Below are positions 22,178-32,220 of a stretch of DNA of 64,000 bases, in pieces (the first letter of the stretch is position 1; every line of letters begins with the position of its first letter). The notes beneath the pieces were generated by a model that was given only the letters and a program-made list of their open reading frames with translations, had not been told where the DNA came from and ran no database searches. Both the position numbers and the translations under genes were made by a program. The stretch lies in assembly GCA_030704615.1 (NCBI GenBank), contig CM060733.1, positions 61,876,001 through 61,940,000 of the forward strand, in the 5' to 3' direction. This DNA comes from Takakia lepidozioides. Its lineage: Eukaryota; Plantae; Bryophyta.

Positions 22178-25100
22178 TCATTTTTCATTGTTTGATCGTT
22201 CTTCCACAGGTTCACAGGCTGGATGTACCTTGCTTAGCTCCTTATCACGAGCATGAGATCCTCGGGTAATCACATGGATGGTGGGACAAGAGGGCATCAG
22301 ATGCTCCCTTTCCTTGTTGCTGATTGCAGGAGCCTCCATCCTTCCTGCACCCTTATCTTTCCAAATACCCTCCCTTACCAGATTGACAGAGCTTGATTGA
22401 TCAATACCCTTTCCTTGTTTTTTTTTTGCAGCCAAAGTCTGTGCAGCAAAAGTCACCCTTTTTCCTTCTCCATCTGGCATTATGCCTGGTTTCAGTTCTC
22501 CCTTCAATATGCCATGAGCCTTGGTCAACATTCCACTTGTGGAAGCTCTTACTATGCCCAGAACGAACTCAAATGAAAAGTCACCAAGTAAGTCTATGCC
22601 GATGTGGTGCTCTGAGTACAGCCACCAATATGGATCTAGATCTGTTTCCAAGGAAAAATGACTTCCCAACAGTGTTTTCTTGAAGTGCCAAAGACCCCAT
22701 ACACATGCATAGTACTCTTCTCTCTTGCAAATCATCTCCCCTTTTTCACTGCTATACCCTACTTGCCTATGAGCTTCTTCTCTCAACTCCTCCTTACCCT
22801 CCTTAAATTGAAATAGCGAAGCATTGATGGCACCCCTATCCCAAGCTAGCTTAAGAAGATAGGCTCCATCCCTCTTTCTCCCTTCCCTTTTCTGACTGTA
22901 CAGAGAAGTAGAGTATACCTCGATTTCCTCGGTTTCCTCAGCTGGTCCCACTGGATACCTGCTTAGTGCATCTACGTTAGCATGCCTAGCACCCGCTCTG
23001 TGAACAATTTTAAACTCAAAATCTTGTAACATCATGATCCATCTACCCCTGCGTCCATATGCGTCACTTACCGTTGCCAACCACTCCAGTGGTTTGTGAT
23101 CAGTCCTGATTACAAAAGGGGTTCCATACAGGTACTGCCTAAAGTGTAATACTCCCCATACCAAGGCATAGCATTCACCCTCCATAGGGTGATATTTGCG
23201 TTGAGCATCAGATAGTACCTTACTAGCGTATGCAATGACTCTCTCCTTCTTATACTCCTTTTGTGATAATACTGCCCCCACTCCTTTGATGGACCAGTCC
23301 ACATCTAGGATGAAAGGTTTCAAGAAATCTGGTCTTGCCAGGATGGGAGCTGTCACCAGCTTCACCTGTAAGGCAGAAAAGGCGTTTTGGGCCTCTGCAC
23401 TCCAGATGAACTTCTCATCTTTCTTGGTTAGCGTGAACAAGGGAACTGCCACTCCAGCGTATCCCTTGACATAGGGTCTATAGTACCCTGTCATGCCCAA
23501 ATAACTTTTGAGAGCAGTGTGGTTTTTCGGCAAGGGAAATCTTTCAATTGCAGCTATCTTATCTGGATCAGGCCACGTTCCTTCTTCAGAGATCACATGC
23601 CCAAGGAACACCAACTGTAGGTTGGCAAAATAACATTTGTCCGGATTGAGCCTGAGATTGGCCCTCCTAACCTTTCCCAGAACTCTCTTTATATGCCCCA
23701 TGTGATCTGCCCAGTCCTTGCTATGGATATTGACGTCATCTACAAAAACCTTGGCGCAATCTTTGATTTCTTCCTTGAGCACCCTATTCATTGTTCTCTG
23801 AAAGGTAGCAGTAGCATTTTTCAGCCCAAATGGCATGACCAGCCATTCATACAATCCCTTCTTGGTGATCACTGCTGTTTTGCCTATGTCTCGGTCGTCC
23901 ATTTTGATCTGCCAAAAACCAGATTGCAAATCCAGAGCAGAAAACCACTTGGCTTTCCCCAACTGGTTCAAAACATCCTGAATTAATGGCATAGGGTAAG
24001 AGTCCCTTCTTGTTAATCGGTTTACTGGCCTAAAATCACCACAAAAACGCTTGGATCCATCTTTTTTTGGTGGAAGGGTAACAGGACACGACCATTCTGA
24101 ATTACTCTCTCTCATCTTGCCTTGTGAGATCAAAGTTTCAATTTGTACCTGTACCTCGTTTTCCTCCCATTCTGATAGGCGGCTGGGACGACTTCTGCAA
24201 GGGGGAAAACCTTGTGTGTCAATTGTGTGTTCCACCTCACTGCAGTATCCCAAGTCAGCTTTGCTAAGAGCAAAACATTCCTGGTTTGCTTTCAGCTCTT
24301 GCTCCAGCTCTATCCTATGTTCTGGGGCCAGTTCTGGGTTGATGTGCAGTCTGGATTTCAGACTTCTCCAACGACTCTCCATTTCTTCCTCTTGACTGGG
24401 TTCCCAACTCTTTCCCTCCACCTGGCTTACAGAGTTAGCCATTCTCTGTCCTTCCTCTTGTGTGACAACCTGATTCCAATCATGGAAGTCATCCTCTATT
24501 TCTAGGTTGTTGTTCCCTAGTTCACCATTCCAAGCTTTCTGGTAAGCTTCCTGTATTATGGCAGCAGCCATACTCTTATGGGTCTCTTCCTGAAGGAGTT
24601 CAGACATCCCTTGGTCCTCGAACAAGTCCTCCCCTAGGTTGACATCGTCTATTATTTCCTCAACATCCCTCAGTGCTGTTTCTACCTCCTTACTCTCCTC
24701 AGAGCCTCCCATCTCCTCATCTTTATCAGATTTAGAGGTGTCAGAACCTGAGGATGCTTCCTCCGTGTCCTCATACTCTTCCTCTGGTTTTCTTTTCTTC
24801 TCCCACAAGCCTAGGTACTGTTCATCTGACGTCAGGGTTAAGACATTACCTGCTGACGTACTGCTTGCATATCTCATTATACTCTCGACCCCTCTATGGT
24901 AGGCTGTTTTGGTAACTGCAGGCTCATTATAATTGATGGTGTGCAAAGGGAAGTGAGCAAAATCCTTTCCTGGCCCATAGCGTACGCGAATTGTTTCAGC
25001 TTCGGTGTCCACTACAGCGCCAAACTTTTTGAGAAAGTCTAATCCCAGCAGCATGTGATATGTATCCGTGTTCACCACCATAAAGGACAAACGATTGGTC

Positions 25101-26755
25101 AGTTCTCCTACTTTGACCTTGATGTCCTCAAGTCTGCCCATTGCAGTCTCAAGAGCACCTGAGGCTACTCTGTAATTCACATCCTTACTAGTAATGACAG
25201 ATCCCATCAAACCAAGATCCCTGACTGTACTAGCTGATATTACAGAAAGCATGGCACCAGTGTCAATCTGGCCTAATACTTGGTAATCTCCCATTGTAAT
25301 CATTACATGAAGCGCTTTAACCTTACCAGTATAAGCATACGAGATCGTGGGTTCAGCGTGTGCTGAGTACAAAGGCCTTGGTGCATCCTTCACAACTTCT
25401 ACACTGTGAGTTGTCTCCCTTTGTTGGACCATTGCCCTTTCCACCACTTTGACCAGCCCTTTCAATTTGTCTAGCTCTCCGGGCACAGTCATGATCGGGT
25501 CCATGGGAGACAACGATATTCTCCCTTTGTAGAAGTGGTTCAAGATTCTGGATTTCGTACCTCCTTCTATAGCATTCTTGAAATTGTTCTTTGGGTAGAT
25601 TTCACTCTTGGTTTTGTTTGGCTGTTCACTGCTCTCACTATTCCTTTCTGGTGACCCTGTAGGTTCAACAATTGGACTCTGGACAGGTATGCGTGTCCTT
25701 GGAAGTCTGACTTCATTGATACTATTTCGTGACATCAGATCTGTCATCTCTGCGAGTACATCATCCTCATCATCATAGAACACATCTACAAAGTTAGTTC
25801 CCGGAGTTCCCATCATAGTTTGGTCGAGTTTTCTACTGCACTCACTCTCTGTATGCACGAGTAGCTTGCAAAAGTTGCATCTCACACCACACATCTCCGT
25901 GGAATGCCCGAACCGGTGACATTTGTCACACTTAGCTTGGGTTCTTTCTTCAGGACAATATGTAGCTATGTGACCTTCTTTGTGACAAACATTACAAAGG
26001 TGAACACGAGGTGGTGTTCTAGATCCCGAGCTTTCTCCTATGACTGGTCCCCTATCAAAGTACTTCTGTAGGGTAGTGTTCAGCTGATCAAGTCTTCTGT
26101 CCACAGGGTTGACAAACACAACTGACTCATCTGTATCATCTCCTTCCAATGGCTCTAGAGGTATCTCTCCCAACCTTCCCAGGCCCCTCTCAATCTCAAT
26201 GGCTGTGTCAAGTGCTTCCTCTACATCAAGGAAGCGCCTGCCCAGCGTTACTCTTGCTATTTCAGGTCTCAAACCCGCTGCAAATCTACGCCTTTGTTCC
26301 AAATCAGACGCCCCACTTCTTATAAATAACCGGTTCAACCTATCGAAGTATGTTTGAACCCTTTGTCTATTCTCCTGTTTAATGGTATCCATTCTTAGCC
26401 TAATTTCTGCCAAGTCAACGATACCAAACTTGGCTGAAATGGCTGCCCTGAAGTCTTCCCAGTTGTCTGGCCTAGGGTTTTGTTTACGGTACCATTCATC
26501 AGCCTTGGCTCTCAGGTTGAGCCTTGCTACCTTGAAAGTTTTGTCCTCATTCAAATCCCTGACATCTGCCTCCATCTGAATTCTCTCCAGCCAGTCATTT
26601 ACATCTTCACTATTCCTACCATGATAAGGCGCATCTATGCTAGTTGGACTGGTCATCCTTCTATTCTCTAATCTGAGTTTAACTGGTTTGATACCTAATC
26701 TTGATTTTAATTTTTCCTGCAACTCCCTCAATGCTGGCCTCTGTACCACTCCCAT
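22178..26755 (-). CDS. gag-pol: R2 gag-protease-RT-RNase H polyprotein (1525 aa)
   Basis: Retrotransposon gag with three CCHC-type knuckles, protease IDTGA, RT FSALDLQSGFWQ / MPFGLKNA / FVDD, RNase H LDVDWS...EGECYA...TDH...NVDALSR. Confidence 0.93.
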   Translation of the reverse strand: MGVVQRPALRELQEKLKSRLGIKPVKLRLENRRMTSPTSIDAPYHGRNSEDVNDWLERIQMEADVRDLNEDKTFKVARLNLRAKADEWYRKQNPRPDNWEDFRAAISAKFGIVDLAEIRLRMDTIKQENRQRVQTYFDRLNRLFIRSGASDLEQRRRFAAGLRPEIARVTLGRRFLDVEEALDTAIEIERGLGRLGEIPLEPLEGDDTDESVVFVNPVDRRLDQLNTTLQKYFDRGPVIGESSGSRTPPRVHLCNVCHKEGHIATYCPEERTQAKCDKCHRFGHSTEMCGVRCNFCKLLVHTESECSRKLDQTMMGTPGTNFVDVFYDDEDDVLAEMTDLMSRNSINEVRLPRTRIPVQSPIVEPTGSPERNSESSEQPNKTKSEIYPKNNFKNAIEGGTKSRILNHFYKGRISLSPMDPIMTVPGELDKLKGLVKVVERAMVQQRETTHSVEVVKDAPRPLYSAHAEPTISYAYTGKVKALHVMITMGDYQVLGQIDTGAMLSVISASTVRDLGLMGSVITSKDVNYRVASGALETAMGRLEDIKVKVGELTNRLSFMVVNTDTYHMLLGLDFLKKFGAVVDTEAETIRVRYGPGKDFAHFPLHTINYNEPAVTKTAYHRGVESIMRYASSTSAGNVLTLTSDEQYLGLWEKKRKPEEEYEDTEEASSGSDTSKSDKDEEMGGSEESKEVETALRDVEEIIDDVNLGEDLFEDQGMSELLQEETHKSMAAAIIQEAYQKAWNGELGNNNLEIEDDFHDWNQVVTQEEGQRMANSVSQVEGKSWEPSQEEEMESRWRSLKSRLHINPELAPEHRIELEQELKANQECFALSKADLGYCSEVEHTIDTQGFPPCRSRPSRLSEWEENEVQVQIETLISQGKMRESNSEWSCPVTLPPKKDGSKRFCGDFRPVNRLTRRDSYPMPLIQDVLNQLGKAKWFSALDLQSGFWQIKMDDRDIGKTAVITKKGLYEWLVMPFGLKNATATFQRTMNRVLKEEIKDCAKVFVDDVNIHSKDWADHMGHIKRVLGKVRRANLRLNPDKCYFANLQLVFLGHVISEEGTWPDPDKIAAIERFPLPKNHTALKSYLGMTGYYRPYVKGYAGVAVPLFTLTKKDEKFIWSAEAQNAFSALQVKLVTAPILARPDFLKPFILDVDWSIKGVGAVLSQKEYKKERVIAYASKVLSDAQRKYHPMEGECYALVWGVLHFRQYLYGTPFVIRTDHKPLEWLATVSDAYGRRGRWIMMLQDFEFKIVHRAGARHANVDALSRYPVGPAEETEEIEVYSTSLYSQKREGRKRDGAYLLKLAWDRGAINASLFQFKEGKEELREEAHRQVGYSSEKGEMICKREEYYACVWGLWHFKKTLLGSHFSLETDLDPYWWLYSEHHIGIDLLGDFSFEFVLGIVRASTSGMLTKAHGILKGELKPGIMPDGEGKRVTFAAQTLAAKKKQGKGIDQSSSVNLVREGIWKDKGAGRMEAPAISNKEREHLMPSCPTIHVITRGSHARDKELSKVHPACEPVEERSNNEK

Positions 26756-27096
26756 TGTCCGTTTCGCAACATCTCTACTCTACCTCCCCATGTCACCTCT
26801 CGTGCCATGGTGTTTATCTTCTCCCACCTTCCTAACTCTCTTATCCAAAGCACCATGGTTGTTCTACCTCCAGCATGTATCACTCTAAGACATAAATCAC
26901 CATTAGCTATTCTCCAAGCAAGGTTGAAGAAGTACAAACAAGGGTCTGCGTGTGTATTTGGTGTGCGTCTGCTGAAGCAAATCAGCACATCTCCAATGCT
27001 TGGTTCATCACGAATCAGTGTGTGGTCTCCGCCTGCCATCAAACCATCCAATACCAGTCAAGATCCCTAGCTAGTAGAAATCAAGATTTTAACGAA

Positions 27097-27108
27097 GCTC
27101 TGATACCA
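27097..27108 (-). promoter_or_regulatory. R2 primer-binding site, tRNA-iMet
   Basis: TGGTATCAGAGC on the minus strand, directly abutting the 5' LTR. Confidence 0.9.
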
Positions 27109-29342
27109 AAAGAAGGGGTGTGAATCCCCTTCTGGTTAATCCTAAATCCGTGGTACTCCCCTCTACTTCCCCCCCCCTTTCCCAGCTGATTGTCCAGGCA
27201 AGGGAGAGGAGCGTTCTTTTCCTGTCCAACCATCTTCACACGGTTATATGGGTTTTCCCTCAGTTACTCTCGTGATCAGAGTTCACGGAATCCTCATCCA
27301 CGCCGTAGCGGAAGAGAAGACATGGATGGGGAGTCTTGAATTGTTCTTGCTCTCGGTTCTACTTCTATTCAACAGCCTGGCCCTATGATCACGGTGCCAA
27401 CAATGTTAGCACGATATTTTCTATGATGCAATCAGCCCAATGGCAGCGGTAAACACGATCCTTTATGTGAAGCCCACTTGAGCAGTGACAAGTCGGAAAT
27501 CCCCTTTTGTAGTGGTGACACAGATTTAGGAGGAGGCAGCTCAGATCTTCATGGTCTGCAGGGGCACTGGTTTCTTTCAGGGTTCAGGTTTTCTTCATCT
27601 CATCTCCCCAAATTGGCCAACCCCCCAACAGCCCTTTTGATTTGCAGCTCTCTTTACCCAAATCCCCTTTTTCACTCTCTTTCTTTCTTTTCCCCTTTTT
27701 GTCTGTTTCTCTATCTCTGTCTATGTCCACAGGCTCCCCACTACTTCACAGCAGCAGATCTGTCATGTAATGCAAATGCACACTCTGCTAGGCATCCAGT
27801 GCAGCCAGTCTTGAAGTCATCCTCGGTCTCTCAAGACACAACCATCCCATCCATCAGTCTCTCTCTCTTTCTCTCTCTCTTGTCCCTTTTTCTCTGCCTC
27901 TCTCTCTGTCTGTCAATGTTCAGCCCTTCACACTGCCCTTTTCCCAAGAACCCATCGCTCAAACAGCTCTCATCCCTTTTGTCAGACTTCAACCCAAATA
28001 CCCCAACATCCCTCTTTTCCCTTCAACTGTGGAACGCAGTTGTTCAGATCCTGATCCCATACTGAAATCACCTTATCCTTTCCATGTTTTTGCAGCTCCA
28101 GCTAACCATCATTGATCTCTCCAAACAAACAAGCCAGATCTACATTGGTTCCAGTGTATCACTACACACGGTAGCATGGTGTCCAGGTTTATGACACTGA
28201 AACAAAATGCAAGAATGAAGACAACAGTGACCATTCTGAATTCAGTGACAAACATACTCTCTCTTTCTCTCATTTCTCTCACTGTCATCACAACATCAGG
28301 TGCATCCATCCTTTCCACGTTCTGGTTTGAAGTCCAGAGTCTCCATTCCAATTTCAAAAACTTTTTCTTGTCACATGTCTCCACCTTTTTCCCTTCTGCC
28401 AAGATGGCAGTCCTAAATCTACCAAAGCAATTTCTAAGTCGCTCAAAAAAAAGGCCACTATCCATAGACTTATCAATTTTTATCCACTAGTGAAGTGGCG
28501 GGTCTGCCTGTCAAGGTGGCACCTTGCCATCGCCCATCAGCAGCCACTTCAACCCTTTCTCTTTGTCTTGATTCCAGACCTTATGACGCCATGATGGCTC
28601 CCCTTCTTCACTTGGACCATCCCGTGGCTTGACAACCAGATTACGCTATGCAATCCTTCCTCATGAATTGGCCTGGTCCTATAACAAGGAGACACAAAGC
28701 AGCTAGAAGCTTGATGACAGAGAACCTGAGATACCATACAGCCAGCACTCCACATGCTTTACCTCCCCCCCCATTGATTGTGCCCAGACTTTCTTCCCTG
28801 TGCTTTCAGCAGCTGGCCTTTTCCTTGCTTGCTCATCTGCCCATAACTGTCATCTTCAAGGCACTGGCGGCAGTGGTGGTGCCCCGCTCTCCTCACATGC
28901 TTCTATCTCCTGGAATTGATCATCACTACGAGAGAGGCGGCACCACTTCTTTCTACACAGAATACCAAGCAGAGGCGTCTTAATGCCGCTTCCTAAGCCA
29001 AGCAAGATCCCACAACGCAGGTACAACCTCCTAACACAGGCTACCCTGCCGACACCACTGCTTGCAACAGCTGCTACGAGCCATCCGTCATCTTCCTCTT
29101 CGTTTTTCTCAACCCGCGATCTTTTAGGTCAAGAACCAGTGATGAAAAACGTTCATCGCATGGATGAAAATAAGTACCGTCATGACTTAGCCATTTTTCT
29201 CCTGGCAAAGCATAAGCTCAGTGCGCTCATGAAATTACCTACATGAAGGGATACATCCTTTCTGCAGTTGGGATGACGGGCACTCCCTGCAGGTCGTAAT
29301 GGTAAACAAAATGTAATGTCACTCCCGTGCATTCACACTAGA
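27109..29342 (-). repeat. R2 5' LTR (lacks terminal CACACTACA next to the PBS)
   Basis: Direct repeat of 18275-20520 with scattered substitutions and small indels. Confidence 0.92.
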
Positions 29343-29554
29343 GTAGTTATTGCGCGAAGACCAGGGGCCGCATTCCGGAGACAAGGTTCATTAACACTCT
29401 GACTCTGGATTTTTGAGATAGTTGGCTCCCTGGATTTGGATCAGGCTTCCTCGCTCGGACAAATCGGCACCGCATTCCTTCCCATCGCTGCATCCCCCTT
29501 CTACCAGGGATCTTGCCCGCACGCCATCCTGGCAGTCTTGTGTGCACATCTCCC

Positions 29555-30916
29555 ATGGCGGAAAACCCGAGCGCTACAGTGTACTGCCCTTCTCACGAGC
29601 ATAGAGCTTCATTTCCGTGCAGAGGGGACATCTGCCGGGTGATGGAGAAATATCTGTGCGTTCGATACCACCTGAAACCGGGGTCGGTTTTTTTGGAGGA
29701 GGAAAGGAAAGACTCAAACGGCCTTGTTGTCGAGAGTATTGTTGTGCTCCACGATGATTTCGGCGATGGCAGGGAATGGCGAGTTCCACCATCGGACAAC
29801 ATCATATACAGGGCTGTTGGGGACTTCATTTGCCCGCCAAATGCACCTTCTATCCTGGCGCCTTCCACGAAACAATCCGCGAATCAGAGAGTGGCTACCT
29901 CAAAGAGAGAAGTCCGCAACGAAGTAAATCCAGAGCCGAACCCATCCATGAAGACGAGCGAGAGCCGGGTTGTTCACAACCTGTCCGACTCAGACGAGGT
30001 CATGGAAGTTCCGAGGTCGTCCTGGAGATCAGGCAAGTCCTCAATGGACGTCAGTGGAGGAGGGAGTCATATTCCCAGCACGAGCACCGCAGTTCGATCT
30101 ATTCTTGAAATTCTGCGAGGGCTTCACCTGGAGGGACACCGGTCAGAGCTGGCCGGGCTGGAGTACAGCAAGTTCGCAATTAAATTGGTTACATGCCTTC
30201 CCGCCGACGTCGACGGTAATATCTTCTTTGAGTTCCCTCCTCGGGCGGACTACTCGAGGGCGTCCGAAATGTTGACAGATATGGATAGAAAACATGACGG
30301 TCATCCTTGGTGCATTACCAAAACCACCAGCATGAAGATGCTCGATGGTGTGCGGGTGCGCTATGTTGTTTGTGCGGGCGCGTTGCGGTGTTTCTCCCCA
30401 ACTTGCTTCCATTTTAAATCCAGAGGTCACAGGAACGAGACCGATTGGACAGGCACAGCTCATCAACCATTTCGAGCTCAGGAGAAGGTTCCGAACTCCA
30501 CATTTAAGTGTGCGCATTGCAAAGAACCACCACACTGCATGTCTGTTTGTAATGCCAAGCAGTTCTATGCGTTGCACCGTTTCCCTGACCTCACCCGAGC
30601 TTGCATACACGTTGGTTCCCATTGTCACAAATTGGCGAGGGGGAACAAAAATGGCGCCGAATTACCTGTCATGAGGGGACCTATAGCCGCGGAATTCGGC
30701 ACCATTTTTCGCCAGAGAGACCTATTACCGCGAAATACGTCGCCGTTTTTTCAGGTTACGGACCCTATTACCGCGAAATTCGGCGCCATATTTGCACATG
30801 TCGCTGGGAATTGGCATGAGCGGAAGACGAAATATCATGAGCACAACTGTCAAAACTACAATTTTCCCTTCAAGGGGCCGAATAATATATTTGTTTTTCC
30901 TGACACATTGCATTAA
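29555..30916 (+). CDS. WRKY/GCM-like zinc-finger protein, probable N-terminal part of the element's transposase; genuine coding sequence probably ends ~30643
   Basis: LPADVDGN...DGHPW..TKTT...VRYVVCAGALRCFSPTC...CAHC...CNAK...IHVGSHCH has the Cys/His layout of a GCM-type two-zinc domain. After HKLARG the frame runs into subterminal repeats. No DDE domain is visible. Confidence 0.6.
   Translation: MAENPSATVYCPSHEHRASFPCRGDICRVMEKYLCVRYHLKPGSVFLEEERKDSNGLVVESIVVLHDDFGDGREWRVPPSDNIIYRAVGDFICPPNAPSILAPSTKQSANQRVATSKREVRNEVNPEPNPSMKTSESRVVHNLSDSDEVMEVPRSSWRSGKSSMDVSGGGSHIPSTSTAVRSILEILRGLHLEGHRSELAGLEYSKFAIKLVTCLPADVDGNIFFEFPPRADYSRASEMLTDMDRKHDGHPWCITKTTSMKMLDGVRVRYVVCAGALRCFSPTCFHFKSRGHRNETDWTGTAHQPFRAQEKVPNSTFKCAHCKEPPHCMSVCNAKQFYALHRFPDLTRACIHVGSHCHKLARGNKNGAELPVMRGPIAAEFGTIFRQRDLLPRNTSPFFQVTDPITAKFGAIFAHVAGNWHERKTKYHEHNCQNYNFPFKGPNNIFVFPDTLH
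30645..30795. repeat. Short subterminal array with the same AATTCGGCGCCATTT core
   Basis: Four cores separated by three GAC(C)CTAT(T/A)(A/G)CCGCG spacers, ~43-bp period. Confidence 0.7.
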
Positions 30917-31233
30917 ATTAATGTTTTTTTTATTGTTTTTTATTTTCAAAATTTGTACTTCTGCTCATGAAAACCGATTGTCTTACTACTCCGCTCATGC
31001 CGCTCATGCTCATGAAATAACTAACCTCGTATGACTATAGTGGCGGATCCACTGGCTTTAAGGAAACCGCACGATAATGTTTCCCAAGCTCTTGTGTAGG
31101 ATGGGGCACAGCAGCACAGAGAGCTGTTATTATTGGAAGCACGGCCTTCAGAGAGGGAAGAGGAAGTCACTTCGATACCACAGCCACCACAACCAATTGA
31201 CTCAGTTGTTTTAGAGGTTCCACAGTTAGTATA

Positions 31234-32192
31234 TGTCGAGCGACTTTTATTCACCCATCCCTTCGCTATCCGAGGTGGAAACTCCAAGATAGAAGAGTTG
31301 GATATCTCTAAGCACTCAGCCTGCTCAGTACAATCAGCCATGACCTGCAGCTAGTGAATCATGGTTGTGCTTCCCCTTTGTATTCCTTCTTGCCTTCATG
31401 TTATCAATTACCTTATCTGATACTGAAGCATCAGTTTGCTTCAGTATCTTCTTAGTTCCAGTTAATCATGCATTCATTTCACAGCTTCACTCATGTCTCT
31501 CTACACAGTGTGCTTGTATCGAATAAGTATCAGATTACGATTTATCAGGTACTAGGCCAATGTCAAGTGACTCTAATCCGCCCTACAGTATCACTACAGT
31601 TCTGCATGAAACAAACATCTACTGTCCAACTCTCCTCTTTCTCCGTGCTTTCGTTCTTGCTCTCCGCCCGATCTCCTCTCCTCCATGACCAAGAAGTGCT
31701 CCCAGAAGTGTGTCTCCCAGAAGTCTCCGCTCTCCGCTTTATCTACCTACAAACTGTTCTAACCGCCTTGCTAACAATTAACCGTCATCCCTAATGTAAC
31801 ACGTTCTTTCTCCAGATGTCGTTCCTTCACAGTTGTTCCCTGCCAATGGTAACTGTTCCATATGTACTGTGACAAGCTGTGTCAAACTATGCCGAGCTGT
31901 GACTGGCTGTGTAAGTCGGGCTGTGCGAAGCTGTGACTGGCTGTGTCGGGCTGTGTCGGCTGTGCGAAGCTGTGGCGGGCTGTGACTGGCTGTGTCGGCT
32001 GTGCGAAGCTGTGGCAGGCTGTGTTGGCTGTGACTGGCTGTGTTTGGCTGTGTCGGGCTGTGTTGGACTGTGTAACCCTCGTCCCTAAAGCTTGCTGCTG
32101 TCACCCCTAAGGCTCCTGTTCGTCTCAGTCTGTGTAAAAATTAAGGGTACCCCATAGAACCCGTAAAAGCGTCTAAGTCCCAAGCAACCCTC
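31234..32192 (-). repeat. R1c 3' LTR
   Basis: Homologous to 59313-60345 but diverged in the middle. The inner boundary is degenerate and is followed by the PPT complement TCCCTCCCCCTCTC. Confidence 0.8.
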
Positions 32193-32220
32193 TCCCTCCC
32201 CCTCTCAAAAAGCCGTGTCC

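Larger units (their letters stand above)
18266..29342 (-). mobile_element. R2: full-length Ty3/gypsy LTR retrotransposon with ~2.25-kb LTRs, inserted in copy A
   Basis: LTRs 18266-20520 and 27109-29342, PBS, PPT and gag-pol are present. The empty site is visible in copy C (~200-215). Probable 4-bp TSD GCAG (18262-18265) / GTAG (29343-29346). Confidence 0.93.
14554..31028 (+). mobile_element. Copy A of the large DNA transposon (internally deleted; 16.5 kb including nested R2)
   Basis: Perfect 8-bp TSD GTATGACT at 14546-14553 and 31029-31036. Imperfect TIRs GGGGGGTTGTTATTTCATGAGC and (reverse complement) GAGGTTAGTTATTTCATGAGC, each followed by subterminal CATGAGC repeats. Confidence 0.92.
10642..31233 (+). 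mobile_element. R1b: 5'-truncated Ty3/gypsy non-chromovirus copy (10642-14553 + 31029-31233), split by DNA transposon A and ended by the R1c LTR
   Basis: Starts mid-RT (APATFQR). The extra-ORF reading KRQRRGMT|IVADPLA is restored when 14554-31036 is removed. Confidence 0.9.
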
